64,000 nt of DNA from an uncultured virus (IMG/VR IMGVR_UViG_3300032288_005212) (lineage: Duplodnaviria; Heunggongvirae; Uroviricota; Caudoviricetes): positions 32,001 through 96,000 of the IMG/VR virus record IMGVR_UViG_3300032288_005212, one strand, 5' to 3'. Position numbers and translations under genes: made by a program. The notes under the pieces were generated by a model. The model searched no databases, was not told the DNA's origin, and saw nothing but the letters and a program-made list of their open reading frames with translations. Shown one piece after another: positions 25,925-35,665 of this stretch. How positions within the stretch are numbered: the stretch's first letter is position 1; the number at the start of each line of letters is the position of its first letter.

Positions 25925-26695
25925 GTGAAAAAGGTAGCTTTATACTGTCAAGTCGGCTCTGCAATTGATATGTTAGATTTTAGCATAAATAATGCTATAA
26001 AAAATTCTGGCCTATCGAAGGAAGATTATGATATAATTTTTATATGCTGGAAAACTTCTGCGGAAGTTTATAGCTGGTTACATAAAAACAGTCATCACTA
26101 TGAAGAAATGGACTATGATGAAGGAAAGGGGTTTTTATGGAACCTGTACAAAGGCTGGAATTTTGGATATGAAGTTGGTTATAAGTATTCAGATACAGTG
26201 TGCCCTATAGCTACTGACCACGCTTTTTATACTAATTGGTTAGCAAATTTATTAAAGCATCGACAAAATAATAGAATAGTTAATTGCAAGTTGATAGAAC
26301 CAGGCACCTTACCTTCTTTACACACAACTAAAAATTTTGGATTAACTACTAATACCGATTTTAAAGAGGAAGAATTTTTAAAATTTTGTTCTACGATAAG
26401 TCAAGATAAATTAATTTTTGAGGATAATCTAGAGCCTTATTGGAAAAATAGAGGTGTAGGTGGTTCATACGGACATAGGCTTGATGCTATGCCATTTATA
26501 TGTCCAAAAGATGTTTGGGAAAGATTTGGGCCAATGCTACAAACAAAAAATTCTCATAGCGTAACAGGAGATACGGATTTTTTTGATAGGTGCAAAGCGG
26601 GTGGCGTAGAGGTAACTAAATCTTTAGATGCAATTAGTTATCATTGCGGCGGTATAGAGACAAAAAGAAATATGTCTAATAATATTTACACTTGA
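25925..26695 (+). CDS. GT-A fold glycosyltransferase-like protein (related to 24625-25347)
   Basis: LY.GWN, ATD, L.E.G, MP, GD..FF, YH pattern shared. Confidence 0.6.
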   Translation: MKKVALYCQVGSAIDMLDFSINNAIKNSGLSKEDYDIIFICWKTSAEVYSWLHKNSHHYEEMDYDEGKGFLWNLYKGWNFGYEVGYKYSDTVCPIATDHAFYTNWLANLLKHRQNNRIVNCKLIEPGTLPSLHTTKNFGLTTNTDFKEEEFLKFCSTISQDKLIFEDNLEPYWKNRGVGGSYGHRLDAMPFICPKDVWERFGPMLQTKNSHSVTGDTDFFDRCKAGGVEVTKSLDAISYHCGGIETKRNMSNNIYT

Positions 26696-26702
26696 GGCTA
26701 TT

Positions 26703-27500
26703 ATGATAAAAATAGGTATAATAGGTTTAGGCGTAATAGGTTCGGCGTGTAAGTACGGTTTTGAAAAGCTAGGGCATACAGTATTAGTGCACGATATAAA
26801 ACTCCAAACTAAATTGGAGGATTTAATTATCTGCGATATTATATATGTATGTGTTCCCACCCCCTCAGATTACTTGGGTAATTGCAATACGTCTATAGTG
26901 GAACAAGTAGTATATGCTTTAAAAAATTTAAATTACCAGAATATAGTTGCTATAAAATCTACGGTTAAACCAACTACAACACAGAAACTTATTGATGACA
27001 CTAATTTATCTATTTGTTTTGTTCCAGAGTTTTTAAGAGAAAGATGCGCTATAGCCGATTTCACGGAAAACCACGACTTATTAGCAATTGGAACAGAAGA
27101 TAACGATGTATTCAATAGAGTAAAAGAATGTCATGGATTTTTTCCAAGGAATATTATAAAGTTAACCCCAACAGAAGCAGAAATATTAAAGTACTACTCT
27201 AACACCTTTAATGCCTTAAAAGTTATTTTTGCTAATGAGATGTATGAAGTCTGTAAAAAAATAGGCGCTAACTACACAAAAGTTAAAGATACTTATATTT
27301 TACGAAATACTACTAAAGATATGTATTTAGATGTGAATGATAATTTTAGAGGCTACGCTGGAGTATGTCTACCAAAAGATACAAAAGCACTCAGTATGTT
27401 TATTAAGGATCTCGGCCTAGACTTAAAATTGTTTGAAACTTTAGAGCAAGAAAATGAGAAATTTAAAAAGACAGTGTTTGATGGTATGAGGCTAGAATGA
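26703..27500 (+). CDS. UDP-glucose/GDP-mannose dehydrogenase family (short form)
   Basis: GLGVIG, CVPTP, KSTV, PEFLRE, GYAGVCLPKD. Confidence 0.9.
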   Translation: MIKIGIIGLGVIGSACKYGFEKLGHTVLVHDIKLQTKLEDLIICDIIYVCVPTPSDYLGNCNTSIVEQVVYALKNLNYQNIVAIKSTVKPTTTQKLIDDTNLSICFVPEFLRERCAIADFTENHDLLAIGTEDNDVFNRVKECHGFFPRNIIKLTPTEAEILKYYSNTFNALKVIFANEMYEVCKKIGANYTKVKDTYILRNTTKDMYLDVNDNFRGYAGVCLPKDTKALSMFIKDLGLDLKLFETLEQENEKFKKTVFDGMRLE

Positions 27501-28525
27501 AAAAAGTTCTGTTAACTGGTAGTGAAGGATTTATTGGTTCTTATATATGTAATGAATTATTGGATTACAACTATGTTGTAGTTGGGGTTGATAACTATTC
27601 TAAATATGGAAAAATTATTAGGCCACATAATTCCCATAAAAACTTTAAATTATATAATGAAGATATACTGTCTAGCAATTTCCTAAAAATAGTTAACAAT
27701 GAAAAACCGGATATTATTATAGCTGGGGCAGCTATGATAGGCGGAATTTCCTATTTTCATAAATATGCTTATGACCTGTTAGCTACAAATGAAAGAATAC
27801 TAGCACAAACTTTTGATGCCGCAATATGTGGGCATAAAGAAGGCTGGCTCGAAAGAATAATTGTTATGTCTAGTTCTATGGTTTTTGAAGAGACGTCAAT
27901 TTATCCTACCCCAGAAACAGAAATAAAGAAATGTCCCCCGCCTTCCTCTACTTATGGGTTTCAGAAGCTGGCATCCGAATATTTTGCAAAAGGGGCGTTT
28001 GAGCAATACGGATTACCTTATACAATACTTAGGCCTTTTAATTGTGTTGGTATTGGAGAGGAAGATTCAATATCAGAACATGAGGTTACATCTGGTAATA
28101 TTAAATTATTGATGTCGCACGTTCTCCCAGATTTAGTTAATAAAATATTAAAAAAACAGTACCCATTACACATATTAGGAGACGGAGGCCAGGTTAGGTG
28201 TTACACTAATGGTGTAGACCTAGCAAGAGGCGTTAGGCTCGCTATTGAGTCTGATAAAGCCATAAATAATGATTTTAATTTATCTACAGAAGTATCTACT
28301 AGCGTCCTAGAATTGGCGGAGTTAATTTGGGAATTGATTAATCCAGAAAAACCTTTTAAATATGTTTCTGACGCTGCTTTTGATTATGATGTTCAAAAAA
28401 GAATTCCAGACGTAAGCAAGGCTAGAGATATTTTAAATTTTGAGGCTAAAGTTTCCTTGGAGGAATCCGTTATAGAAGTTATAAATTATATGAGTAAGAA
28501 GCATGAAAGAAATACAGTTATGTAA
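27497..28525 (+). CDS. NAD-dependent nucleotide-sugar epimerase/dehydratase (SDR)
   Basis: TGSEGFIG, SSS, YGFQK, RPFN, GDG.QVR. Confidence 0.9.
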   Translation: MKKVLLTGSEGFIGSYICNELLDYNYVVVGVDNYSKYGKIIRPHNSHKNFKLYNEDILSSNFLKIVNNEKPDIIIAGAAMIGGISYFHKYAYDLLATNERILAQTFDAAICGHKEGWLERIIVMSSSMVFEETSIYPTPETEIKKCPPPSSTYGFQKLASEYFAKGAFEQYGLPYTILRPFNCVGIGEEDSISEHEVTSGNIKLLMSHVLPDLVNKILKKQYPLHILGDGGQVRCYTNGVDLARGVRLAIESDKAINNDFNLSTEVSTSVLELAELIWELINPEKPFKYVSDAAFDYDVQKRIPDVSKARDILNFEAKVSLEESVIEVINYMSKKHERNTVM

Positions 28526-29162
28526 ATCAAAAATAAACGCTATAGACCTATACAGTATATACTGTCAAGTTGATACAGAAGGTAAATGGGCAGACGGCTG
28601 GAATAAATTTTTGAATGCTAAATCAGGGGAATGGCACGGCCACTATAAACTTTTAGCTTATTTATCAACTTTTTTTAGCCCAGGAGACACTTTATTAGAT
28701 ATAGGAACATTAACAGGAGCGTCTAGTCTAGCGCTGTCTTTTAACGAAACTGTAAAAGTTTATTCTTTTGATCTTGCCAAGCAAACTTTTCATTCAGGAA
28801 ACCCTGGTGATAGTAGGTACATTTATGAATCAGATGAGCAAGTGTTAGCAAAAAATACAAGAGAAAATATTACCTATATTGTAGGAGATTGTCTACAACA
28901 TGGTAAATTATTACTAAACTCATCTTTAATATACGTCGATATAGACCATAGCGGAGAAATAGAGGCCAATATTTTGAATTTCTTGCACAGTAATAATTGG
29001 AGAGGTATAGTAATATTAGATGATATTTATTGGACAACTATGCAACCTCTTTGGAGCAGTATTCCTGAAAAAATGAAACTAGACATTAGTATCTACGGCA
29101 ATGGCAAGGACGGAACAGGGCTCATTAACTTTGGAAATATTTATTCGGTGACCTATGAATAA
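28503..29162 (+). CDS. class I SAM methyltransferase (Methyltransf_24-like)
   Basis: LDIGT..G.S, IYVD.DH, ILDDI. Confidence 0.75.
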   Translation: MKEIQLCKSKINAIDLYSIYCQVDTEGKWADGWNKFLNAKSGEWHGHYKLLAYLSTFFSPGDTLLDIGTLTGASSLALSFNETVKVYSFDLAKQTFHSGNPGDSRYIYESDEQVLAKNTRENITYIVGDCLQHGKLLLNSSLIYVDIDHSGEIEANILNFLHSNNWRGIVILDDIYWTTMQPLWSSIPEKMKLDISIYGNGKDGTGLINFGNIYSVTYE

Positions 29163-29511
29163 TATAAGCTATCTAATAGAACAAATAATATTAAATTCTA
29201 TACAAGAATATGACGGTACTTACGACTCTGACAATTCTTTTAAAGAACTAGTTTCGATAGGCGAATTGGTAGATAGATTGTCCATAGTAAATTTTAAACT
29301 TTATAAATTAAAAGATGAAGTAATGATGAGACCAGAGGATACGAACTTTAAAGCGTGGGCGTCCACAGAAGATGTAAAATTAGTTATTGAAAGGTCAAGA
29401 CTAAAAAAGTGCATAGATGAGAAATTAATTTTTATGATACACAAAATTTATAATAATGATTTTTTGGCAGGCTTTAACTCCGAAGTTAAAAAATACGGTA
29501 ATCAAATATGA
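29155..29511 (+). CDS. hypothetical protein (SIGELVDRLSI motif)
   Basis: motif seen in proteins from glycosylation loci. Confidence 0.55.
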   Translation: MNNISYLIEQIILNSIQEYDGTYDSDNSFKELVSIGELVDRLSIVNFKLYKLKDEVMMRPEDTNFKAWASTEDVKLVIERSRLKKCIDEKLIFMIHKIYNNDFLAGFNSEVKKYGNQI

Positions 29512-30533
29512 AGTGCTTAGTTATATTGGGGACTAGACCCGAAGCAATAAGGTTATACCATACTATAAAAGAACTTAATCCTTACAAAATATTTTGGACA
29601 GGCCAAAATTTTTCCAAGAATTTAAGTACAGATATTATTCAAGATCCTAGATTTGATAATATTTATAAAGATATGGTATTGTCTTCTATAGAAGAAACAG
29701 ATTTTTTTCAACAATTTACAAAAATGTTGTTAAATATCGATAGTTTTATAAAACAATGTAGCCCAGACAAAATTTTAATTCTAGGAGATACTAACTCTAG
29801 TTTAGCCGCTGCTTTAGCTGCTAAAAAGAATGATATTCCGTTATACCATATGGAAGCTGGGAATAGATGTTATAACCCCAAATCTCCGGAAGAGATTAAT
29901 AGGAGAATGATAGATAGTATCGCTGACGTACATTTATGCTATACTAAATTCGCTAAACAAAACTTATTAAATGAAGGTGTGCCGCTAAATAAAATTCATG
30001 TAATTGGTAACCCAATGGCCGAGTTTCCAGAACTCCATTCATATGATACAAAAGAAAAAAGTCAGGTACTGGTTACTTTACATAGAAAAGAGAATGAAGA
30101 GTATTTACCGAATTTACTTAATTTTTTTAATAGTTTAAATTCTAAAGTCAAAGTTAAATTAGTATTACATCCAAGATATTATAAATTTTTTACTGAAAAA
30201 TTTACCGATGTGGTTCCAAGCGTAAACTTTTCTGATTTTGTAAAGTTACAGCAAGAGTCGAGCTTAATAATAACAGATTCTGGTACCGTATGTGAAGAAG
30301 CCGCTATTCTTAAAAAACCTTGCCTAATAATAAGAGAAACAACAGAGAGACCAGAACTTTTAGAGTTAGGTAGCACAATTTTGGGGGATATAAAAAACAC
30401 AGATAATCTATTAAGCAGCTCAGACGCTTTATTAAATTTAACACGAGACTGGGACTTACCAGATGAGTACAAGTATCAAAAAGTTTCTAAGAAAGTAAAA
30501 ACTATTCTATTAAGTAAGCAAAACTATATATGA
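29508..30533 (+). CDS. UDP-N-acetylhexosamine 2-epimerase (WecB/FnlC-like)
   Basis: GTRPE, LGDTNS, HMEAGNR, PEEINR, TLHR.EN, TDSG..EEA, TERPE. Confidence 0.93.
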   Translation: MKCLVILGTRPEAIRLYHTIKELNPYKIFWTGQNFSKNLSTDIIQDPRFDNIYKDMVLSSIEETDFFQQFTKMLLNIDSFIKQCSPDKILILGDTNSSLAAALAAKKNDIPLYHMEAGNRCYNPKSPEEINRRMIDSIADVHLCYTKFAKQNLLNEGVPLNKIHVIGNPMAEFPELHSYDTKEKSQVLVTLHRKENEEYLPNLLNFFNSLNSKVKVKLVLHPRYYKFFTEKFTDVVPSVNFSDFVKLQQESSLIITDSGTVCEEAAILKKPCLIIRETTERPELLELGSTILGDIKNTDNLLSSSDALLNLTRDWDLPDEYKYQKVSKKVKTILLSKQNYI

Positions 30534-31249
30534 TAAATTTACAAAAGTTAAGCCTAGAAGAACTTAGAGATAGTTTTACAACCTCTTACCCATTTAATTA
30601 TTTGGTTCTGGATAATTTTCTTGAGGAGAAAATAGCGGACAGCATATTAAACGATTTAAATACTGATGACTATTCGACTTGGGATAAGAGAGCCGATGCT
30701 GGAGTACAAGTAAAAGATCGTTCCAATTGGAAGAATGATGCGGATGTGCCGCAGTCTACAAGAAATTTAATTCAGTACTTAAACTCAGGAGATTTTTTAC
30801 GGTGGCTATCAGAAGCCACAGGCATTCAAGGAATTATTCCAGACCCGTATCTTACCGGAGGAGGGTTTAATAAAATTAATAGGGGCGGCACTCTTGCTAT
30901 ACACGCTGACGGTAATTGGCATGATTTGATGGCAGTACACCGCAGGCTTAATTTAATTATATACCTAAATAAAAATTGGTTGCCAGAATGGGGCGGCAAT
31001 CTTGAGCTATGGTCTAATAAAGATAGTAGGCCAGATAAATGTGAAAAAGAAATTGAGCCTTATTTTAATAGGCTGGTATTATTTAAAACTGATGATTACA
31101 GTTTTCATGGCCACCCAAAGCAACTAAACTGCCCAGAAAATGTTTCAAGAAAATCTTTGATATTGTATTATTATACAAGCACCAGACCCAGTACAGAAGT
31201 TGAGTCTTTAGAGAATAAGCACAGAGCTATATTTCATAAATCCGTATAA
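30530..31249 (+). CDS. 2OG-Fe(II) oxygenase (prolyl-hydroxylase-like)
   Basis: HAD..H triad, RRLNLIIYLN..W..EWGG.LELW, R.S. Confidence 0.85.
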   Translation: MINLQKLSLEELRDSFTTSYPFNYLVLDNFLEEKIADSILNDLNTDDYSTWDKRADAGVQVKDRSNWKNDADVPQSTRNLIQYLNSGDFLRWLSEATGIQGIIPDPYLTGGGFNKINRGGTLAIHADGNWHDLMAVHRRLNLIIYLNKNWLPEWGGNLELWSNKDSRPDKCEKEIEPYFNRLVLFKTDDYSFHGHPKQLNCPENVSRKSLILYYYTSTRPSTEVESLENKHRAIFHKSV

Positions 31250-31260
31250 GAGGAAAAATA

Positions 31261-32241
31261 ATGTTTAATAATTCTACTGTATTAATAACTGGCGGCACTG
31301 GTTCTTGGGGTCAAACACTAACCACAAAATTAATTGAACTATATAGCCCTAAAAAAATTATTATATTTTCTAGGGGAGAATTACAACAAGTATTAATGCA
31401 AAGAAAGTTTAATAATCCTATTATCCAATATATAATAGGAGACGTAAGAGACTATGAAGCTATAAAATTTGCTACACTTGGCGTAGATTATGTTTTTCAC
31501 CTGGCTGCATTGAAACACGTTCCAATATGTGAAAATCAACCACAAGAAGCTATAAAAACTAATATAACAGGCACTACAAATGTTATCAATGCAGCAATAC
31601 TTAATAAAGTAAAAAAAGTAATAGATGTATCTACAGATAAAGCAGTAGACCCTATTAATTTATATGGTATGACAAAGGCTGTAGGAGAAAAAGCAATAAT
31701 TCAAGCAAACGACCTCAGCTCGCATACAAAATTTGTATGCGTGCGCGGAGGAAACGTAATGGGATCAAACGGTAGTGTGATTCCATTTTTCATAGAGCAG
31801 ATTAAATCTGGCGGACCAATTACTATCACAGACTCCAATATGACTAGATTTTTCTTAACTTTAAATGAAGCTATTGGATTATTATTTAAAGCAGCAGAAG
31901 ATAGCATTGGAGGAGAAACATTTGTTATGAAAATGCCTTCTTGCTACATAGAAGATATCGCGTCTATCCTAATGCAAAAATACGGTATAGTGCCTATAAA
32001 GGATATCGGTATGAGGCCAGGGGAAAAGCTAGATGAAGTACTAATCTCAAAAAATGAGGCTAATCTATCTTACTGCTATGATGATAATTACTATGTTATT
32101 CTACCAAATGTTTATAATAATTTGTTAAATGAGAAGTATTCTAACTTAGAAGTATTCCCTTACGAAGAATTTTCGTCAAGCACATTTATCATGAACGACG
32201 AAGAAATCTCTTCTATGTTGTCTAAGGGAGGATTCCTGTGA
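31261..32241 (+). CDS. UDP-GlcNAc 4,6-dehydratase (FnlA/PseB/CapD-like)
   Basis: TGGTGS.G, AALKHVP, STDKA..P.N.YG.TK, GNV.GS.GSVIP, MTRF, RPGEK. Confidence 0.93.
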   Translation: MFNNSTVLITGGTGSWGQTLTTKLIELYSPKKIIIFSRGELQQVLMQRKFNNPIIQYIIGDVRDYEAIKFATLGVDYVFHLAALKHVPICENQPQEAIKTNITGTTNVINAAILNKVKKVIDVSTDKAVDPINLYGMTKAVGEKAIIQANDLSSHTKFVCVRGGNVMGSNGSVIPFFIEQIKSGGPITITDSNMTRFFLTLNEAIGLLFKAAEDSIGGETFVMKMPSCYIEDIASILMQKYGIVPIKDIGMRPGEKLDEVLISKNEANLSYCYDDNYYVILPNVYNNLLNEKYSNLEVFPYEEFSSSTFIMNDEEISSMLSKGGFL

Positions 32242-33017
32242 GCATTTTAGTGTTGGGCGGGGAAGGTATGGCAGGTTGGATGATCGGAAATTTCCTGTCT
32301 AGAAAACACTCTGTATTAGTAACTACACGAGCAGATTTTGATGTTGAGAAAAGTTTAAAGCTTCCTGCAGGGTTTGATTACATAGTAAATTGTATAGGAC
32401 TACTTTTGAACGACTCTAAAATTAACCCTGCAAAAACAATGTATGTTAATTCCTATTTTCCAAAATACCTGGAAAGGTTCTATAGAGATAGCAATACTAA
32501 AATAATACATTTATCTACAGATTGTGTATTTAACGGTACCAAAGGAAATTATCTAGAAACAGATTTGCCAAATGAGCTTGGAGTATATGGTTTGTCGAAG
32601 TCTCTAGGTGAGATAGATAATAATAAAGATTTAACTCTAAGGGTTAGCATTATAGGCCCAGAGATAAGGCATCCAAGCAAAAGAAGCGGGCTTTTAAATT
32701 GGATACTTACTACAAAAGAAACACAACTAAACGGCTGGGTAAATGCACATTGGAATGGGATTACAACTTTAGAATTAGCTAAGTGTATAGACCAGTTTAT
32801 AAAAAACCCAATAATTAGTGGAATATATCACCCAACTAATGAAACTATAACTAAGTACGAATTGCTAAATAAAATAAATTATAAATATAATTTGGGAAAA
32901 GTTATAGTAAAATCTAATGCAGAAAAAAATATTGATAAAACTTTGCGGAATACAAAAGGATTTTTTAACGTATCATCTTATGATACACAGTTGGAAGAAT
33001 TAAGAGCGTATATATGA
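32238..33017 (+). CDS. RmlD-like 4-keto-sugar reductase
   Basis: G..GMAG, HLSTDCVF.G..G.Y.E, YG.SK..GE, WNG.TT. Confidence 0.85.
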   Translation: MSILVLGGEGMAGWMIGNFLSRKHSVLVTTRADFDVEKSLKLPAGFDYIVNCIGLLLNDSKINPAKTMYVNSYFPKYLERFYRDSNTKIIHLSTDCVFNGTKGNYLETDLPNELGVYGLSKSLGEIDNNKDLTLRVSIIGPEIRHPSKRSGLLNWILTTKETQLNGWVNAHWNGITTLELAKCIDQFIKNPIISGIYHPTNETITKYELLNKINYKYNLGKVIVKSNAEKNIDKTLRNTKGFFNVSSYDTQLEELRAYI

Positions 33018-33697
33018 AAAAACTATGTACTGTTTGCGATAGCGTGTATTTTAATGAACACGCAATAAAATTAATTAATTCTGTGGAGAACTTACAAGCG
33101 ACGTCTTTGATAGCTATAGTCGTTAATCCTAATTTGGATGATATAGCTACGATGAAAAAAATAAATTCATCTGCTAAAAATACGGTATGTAATTATGTTG
33201 TAGATAGTAGAGATACAAAAACTTTTTTTGCTTCTGCTAGATACATTTATTCTGCTGATATTGTAAGAGAGTACGAGTTAGAGGGTATTATGTTCCTAGA
33301 CTCAGATTCTTTAGTTCTAAAAGAAGTAGAGTACCCTAGTACAGACTTTGGGCTATTTTTAAGAGAACCATTTCCGAATACGACCGGAGTAGTAAAAGAA
33401 GGATCCTATGTACTTGGATCCAGCGTTTATATATCAAAAACTGGGATAGAGTTTGCGGAATATCTTCGGCAAGAGTTAAACTCTTATACTCTTGATACCT
33501 GGTATCTAGATCAGGTTGCATTATGGAGAGGGTATCAACTTTATAAAGATAAATTAAGTTTTACACAGTTAGATAAAAGTTACTTAGATTGGGATTTTGA
33601 TGTAAACAGTACGATATGGAACGCAAAAGGCCCTAGAAAATATAGTGATAAAAATTACATACTAAAATCCAGACAATTTCATAATTCTCCTTTCTGA
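33014..33697 (+). CDS. nucleotide-diphospho-sugar transferase-like protein
   Basis: FLDSDS DxD, W.LDQ.AL, W..KGPRK. Confidence 0.6.
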   Translation: MKKLCTVCDSVYFNEHAIKLINSVENLQATSLIAIVVNPNLDDIATMKKINSSAKNTVCNYVVDSRDTKTFFASARYIYSADIVREYELEGIMFLDSDSLVLKEVEYPSTDFGLFLREPFPNTTGVVKEGSYVLGSSVYISKTGIEFAEYLRQELNSYTLDTWYLDQVALWRGYQLYKDKLSFTQLDKSYLDWDFDVNSTIWNAKGPRKYSDKNYILKSRQFHNSPF

Positions 33698-33709
33698 GGT
33701 AAAAATAGT

Positions 33710-33738
33710 TTGACATATTTTGCTTAACCGTATATAAT
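33710..33738 (+). promoter_or_regulatory. sigma70 promoter
   Basis: TTGACA-17-TATAAT, perfect consensus. Confidence 0.9.
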
Positions 33739-33763
33739 ATGTTTTTCGCAAAGTATACTTACC

Positions 33764-34354
33764 ATGAATTTATTTTATCTTGATGAAGACCTCGATAAGT
33801 GCGCCGAGTACCATGTTGACAAGCACGTCAATAAAATGCAGCTAGAAACTGCACAAATGATTTGTACAAATCTTTGGATTGATAGACTACTCGGCTATGT
33901 GCCTCGCGCACTTAATAAGGAAGAGAATAGAGTTCTTACGCAAGCAAGACTTGCTGAGAAGGATCTTCCTATTGAAGAGAGAACTATTCCATATCTTCCA
34001 ACTATGCAGAATCATCCCTGCACTATTTGGATGCGTACATCTCTCGATAACTTTGAGTGGTCGCACTGCTATGCCAACGCGCTCAGTTCCGAGCAACATT
34101 ATCGCTACGGCACTACGCACAAGTCTATTCTGATTATCAATGCATTGCCAGACCCAAAAAATATTCCGAGCATCGGCTTTACAACATTTGGACTCGCAAT
34201 GCCAGACTCTCTCAAAAATTATGACGATCCGATCGGATCTTATCGAATGTACTATATGCTAGATAAAGGTACATTTGCTTCTTGGAAAAAGCGATCAAAG
34301 CCACCCTGGTGGGATGAAAACATCGCAGACTATGAAAAAAGGATTACAAGATGA
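33764..34354 (+). CDS. pyrimidine-dimer DNA glycosylase (DenV)-like protein
   Basis: MNLFYLD..C...H.DKHV.KM.LE.AQM; NHPC..W; AMPD; YR.YY. Confidence 0.75.
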   Translation: MNLFYLDEDLDKCAEYHVDKHVNKMQLETAQMICTNLWIDRLLGYVPRALNKEENRVLTQARLAEKDLPIEERTIPYLPTMQNHPCTIWMRTSLDNFEWSHCYANALSSEQHYRYGTTHKSILIINALPDPKNIPSIGFTTFGLAMPDSLKNYDDPIGSYRMYYMLDKGTFASWKKRSKPPWWDENIADYEKRITR

Positions 34355-34569
34355 TTTGCAAGAATTGTGGAGAAGATCTTTCTGGTGATGGAGAAAAGAT
34401 ACCTTTTCATTGTATAAACCTTTCCGAAGAAGATTGGTGGTATGAACCACCAGATTCCGGCCCCTATTATTGTGACCAGTATCTTGATGATACTGATGAT
34501 GGATTTGCATTAGCTTCTGCCGGTTTCGGAACTGATGAAGACTACGGCTATTTTGGCGATTATGACTAA
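34351..34569 (+). CDS. small acidic Zn-finger-like protein
   Basis: CKNCG; DDG.ALASAG.GTDEDYG. Confidence 0.6.
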   Translation: MICKNCGEDLSGDGEKIPFHCINLSEEDWWYEPPDSGPYYCDQYLDDTDDGFALASAGFGTDEDYGYFGDYD

Positions 34570-34721
34570 TCTTATTTTGGAAAAGGGAAAGTATAAACTT
34601 TACTGCTTTTACCATCCAGAAAGACATTTCGCTATCTATGAAAAAGATATTGCAGTATTTTTAACAAAATACGAAAAAGAAGCAATACGAGTTTTTTCAC
34701 AACTTACAAAAGGAAAATAAT

Positions 34722-35378
34722 GTGGCTAGAGTAAAAGCAAAAGATTACGAAGATCTCAGCGATTCGAATATTCGTAAAGTAATTGCAGCGCTTAACGCTT
34801 CTCCGCCTATCTCAAAAAAAGAAGCGTGCGAAGCTCTTAAAATTTCTTATAATACTAGCCGTCTCTCGAAAATTATCGAAGAGTTTACTGCAACTCAAGA
34901 AAATAAAAAACGTCTTCGAGATAAAAAAAGAGGACTACCTGCTACAAATGGTGAAATTCAATATATTATAAAAGACTACATTAATGGAGTCCCTCTTTAT
35001 AAAATTTCTGAAGATCTTTATCGACCAACGAACTTTATAAAAGCAGTTGTAGATAAAATCGGCGTTCCAGAAAGAGAGCCTAGCTTTAGTCGTTTGAAAG
35101 CACAACTTCTTCCTGATAACTGCCAAGCCATTGATTTTGAAGAAGGAGAGATTGCATGGTCCGCTACTGAAAGAGCAAAATGCAAAATTCTCAAAAGACT
35201 AGACGATGATAAGTACATTCCAAAATATGGAGTACCGTGCTATAACATTTTTGTATTTGAGCAATCTGATGATTCCTACTACTCAAAGAGTAAAGGATTT
35301 TATGCTGCTGCTCTCGCCTATGACCTGGGCAAGCTGACTCATCTTGAGCAGTATGGAATAAATTTAAATGATCTTTGA
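34722..35378 (+). CDS. T5 D2-like protein
   Basis: KKEACE.L.I.YNT.RL motif; position at start of the T5 replication module. Confidence 0.75.
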   Translation: MARVKAKDYEDLSDSNIRKVIAALNASPPISKKEACEALKISYNTSRLSKIIEEFTATQENKKRLRDKKRGLPATNGEIQYIIKDYINGVPLYKISEDLYRPTNFIKAVVDKIGVPEREPSFSRLKAQLLPDNCQAIDFEEGEIAWSATERAKCKILKRLDDDKYIPKYGVPCYNIFVFEQSDDSYYSKSKGFYAAALAYDLGKLTHLEQYGINLNDL

Positions 35379-35613
35379 GTATTACCTTATATTTTCGATA
35401 ACAACGGGATTATGTATTGTCTGGTTAAATAGACAGGCGAAGATTCAAAGCGGAATTGAACATTCTACTTTTATATTCTACATTGTCTCTTTTTTAATAG
35501 CATTTTTATTTGCGCCTGTATTTTTTCTAATCTTTTTATTTTACTCGACGGGATATAGAAGCGGGATTTTAGAAGCAATGAAAAACACTTATAACGAGAA
35601 AAATAGTTCTTGA
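35368..35613 (+). CDS. membrane protein
   Basis: two hydrophobic segments; lies between D2 and D3. Confidence 0.6.
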   Translation: MIFEYYLIFSITTGLCIVWLNRQAKIQSGIEHSTFIFYIVSFLIAFLFAPVFFLIFLFYSTGYRSGILEAMKNTYNEKNSS

Positions 35614-35665
35614 CTTTGAAGCTCAAATATCTTATAATATCTTTCATACGGTGAGGGAAAGATAG

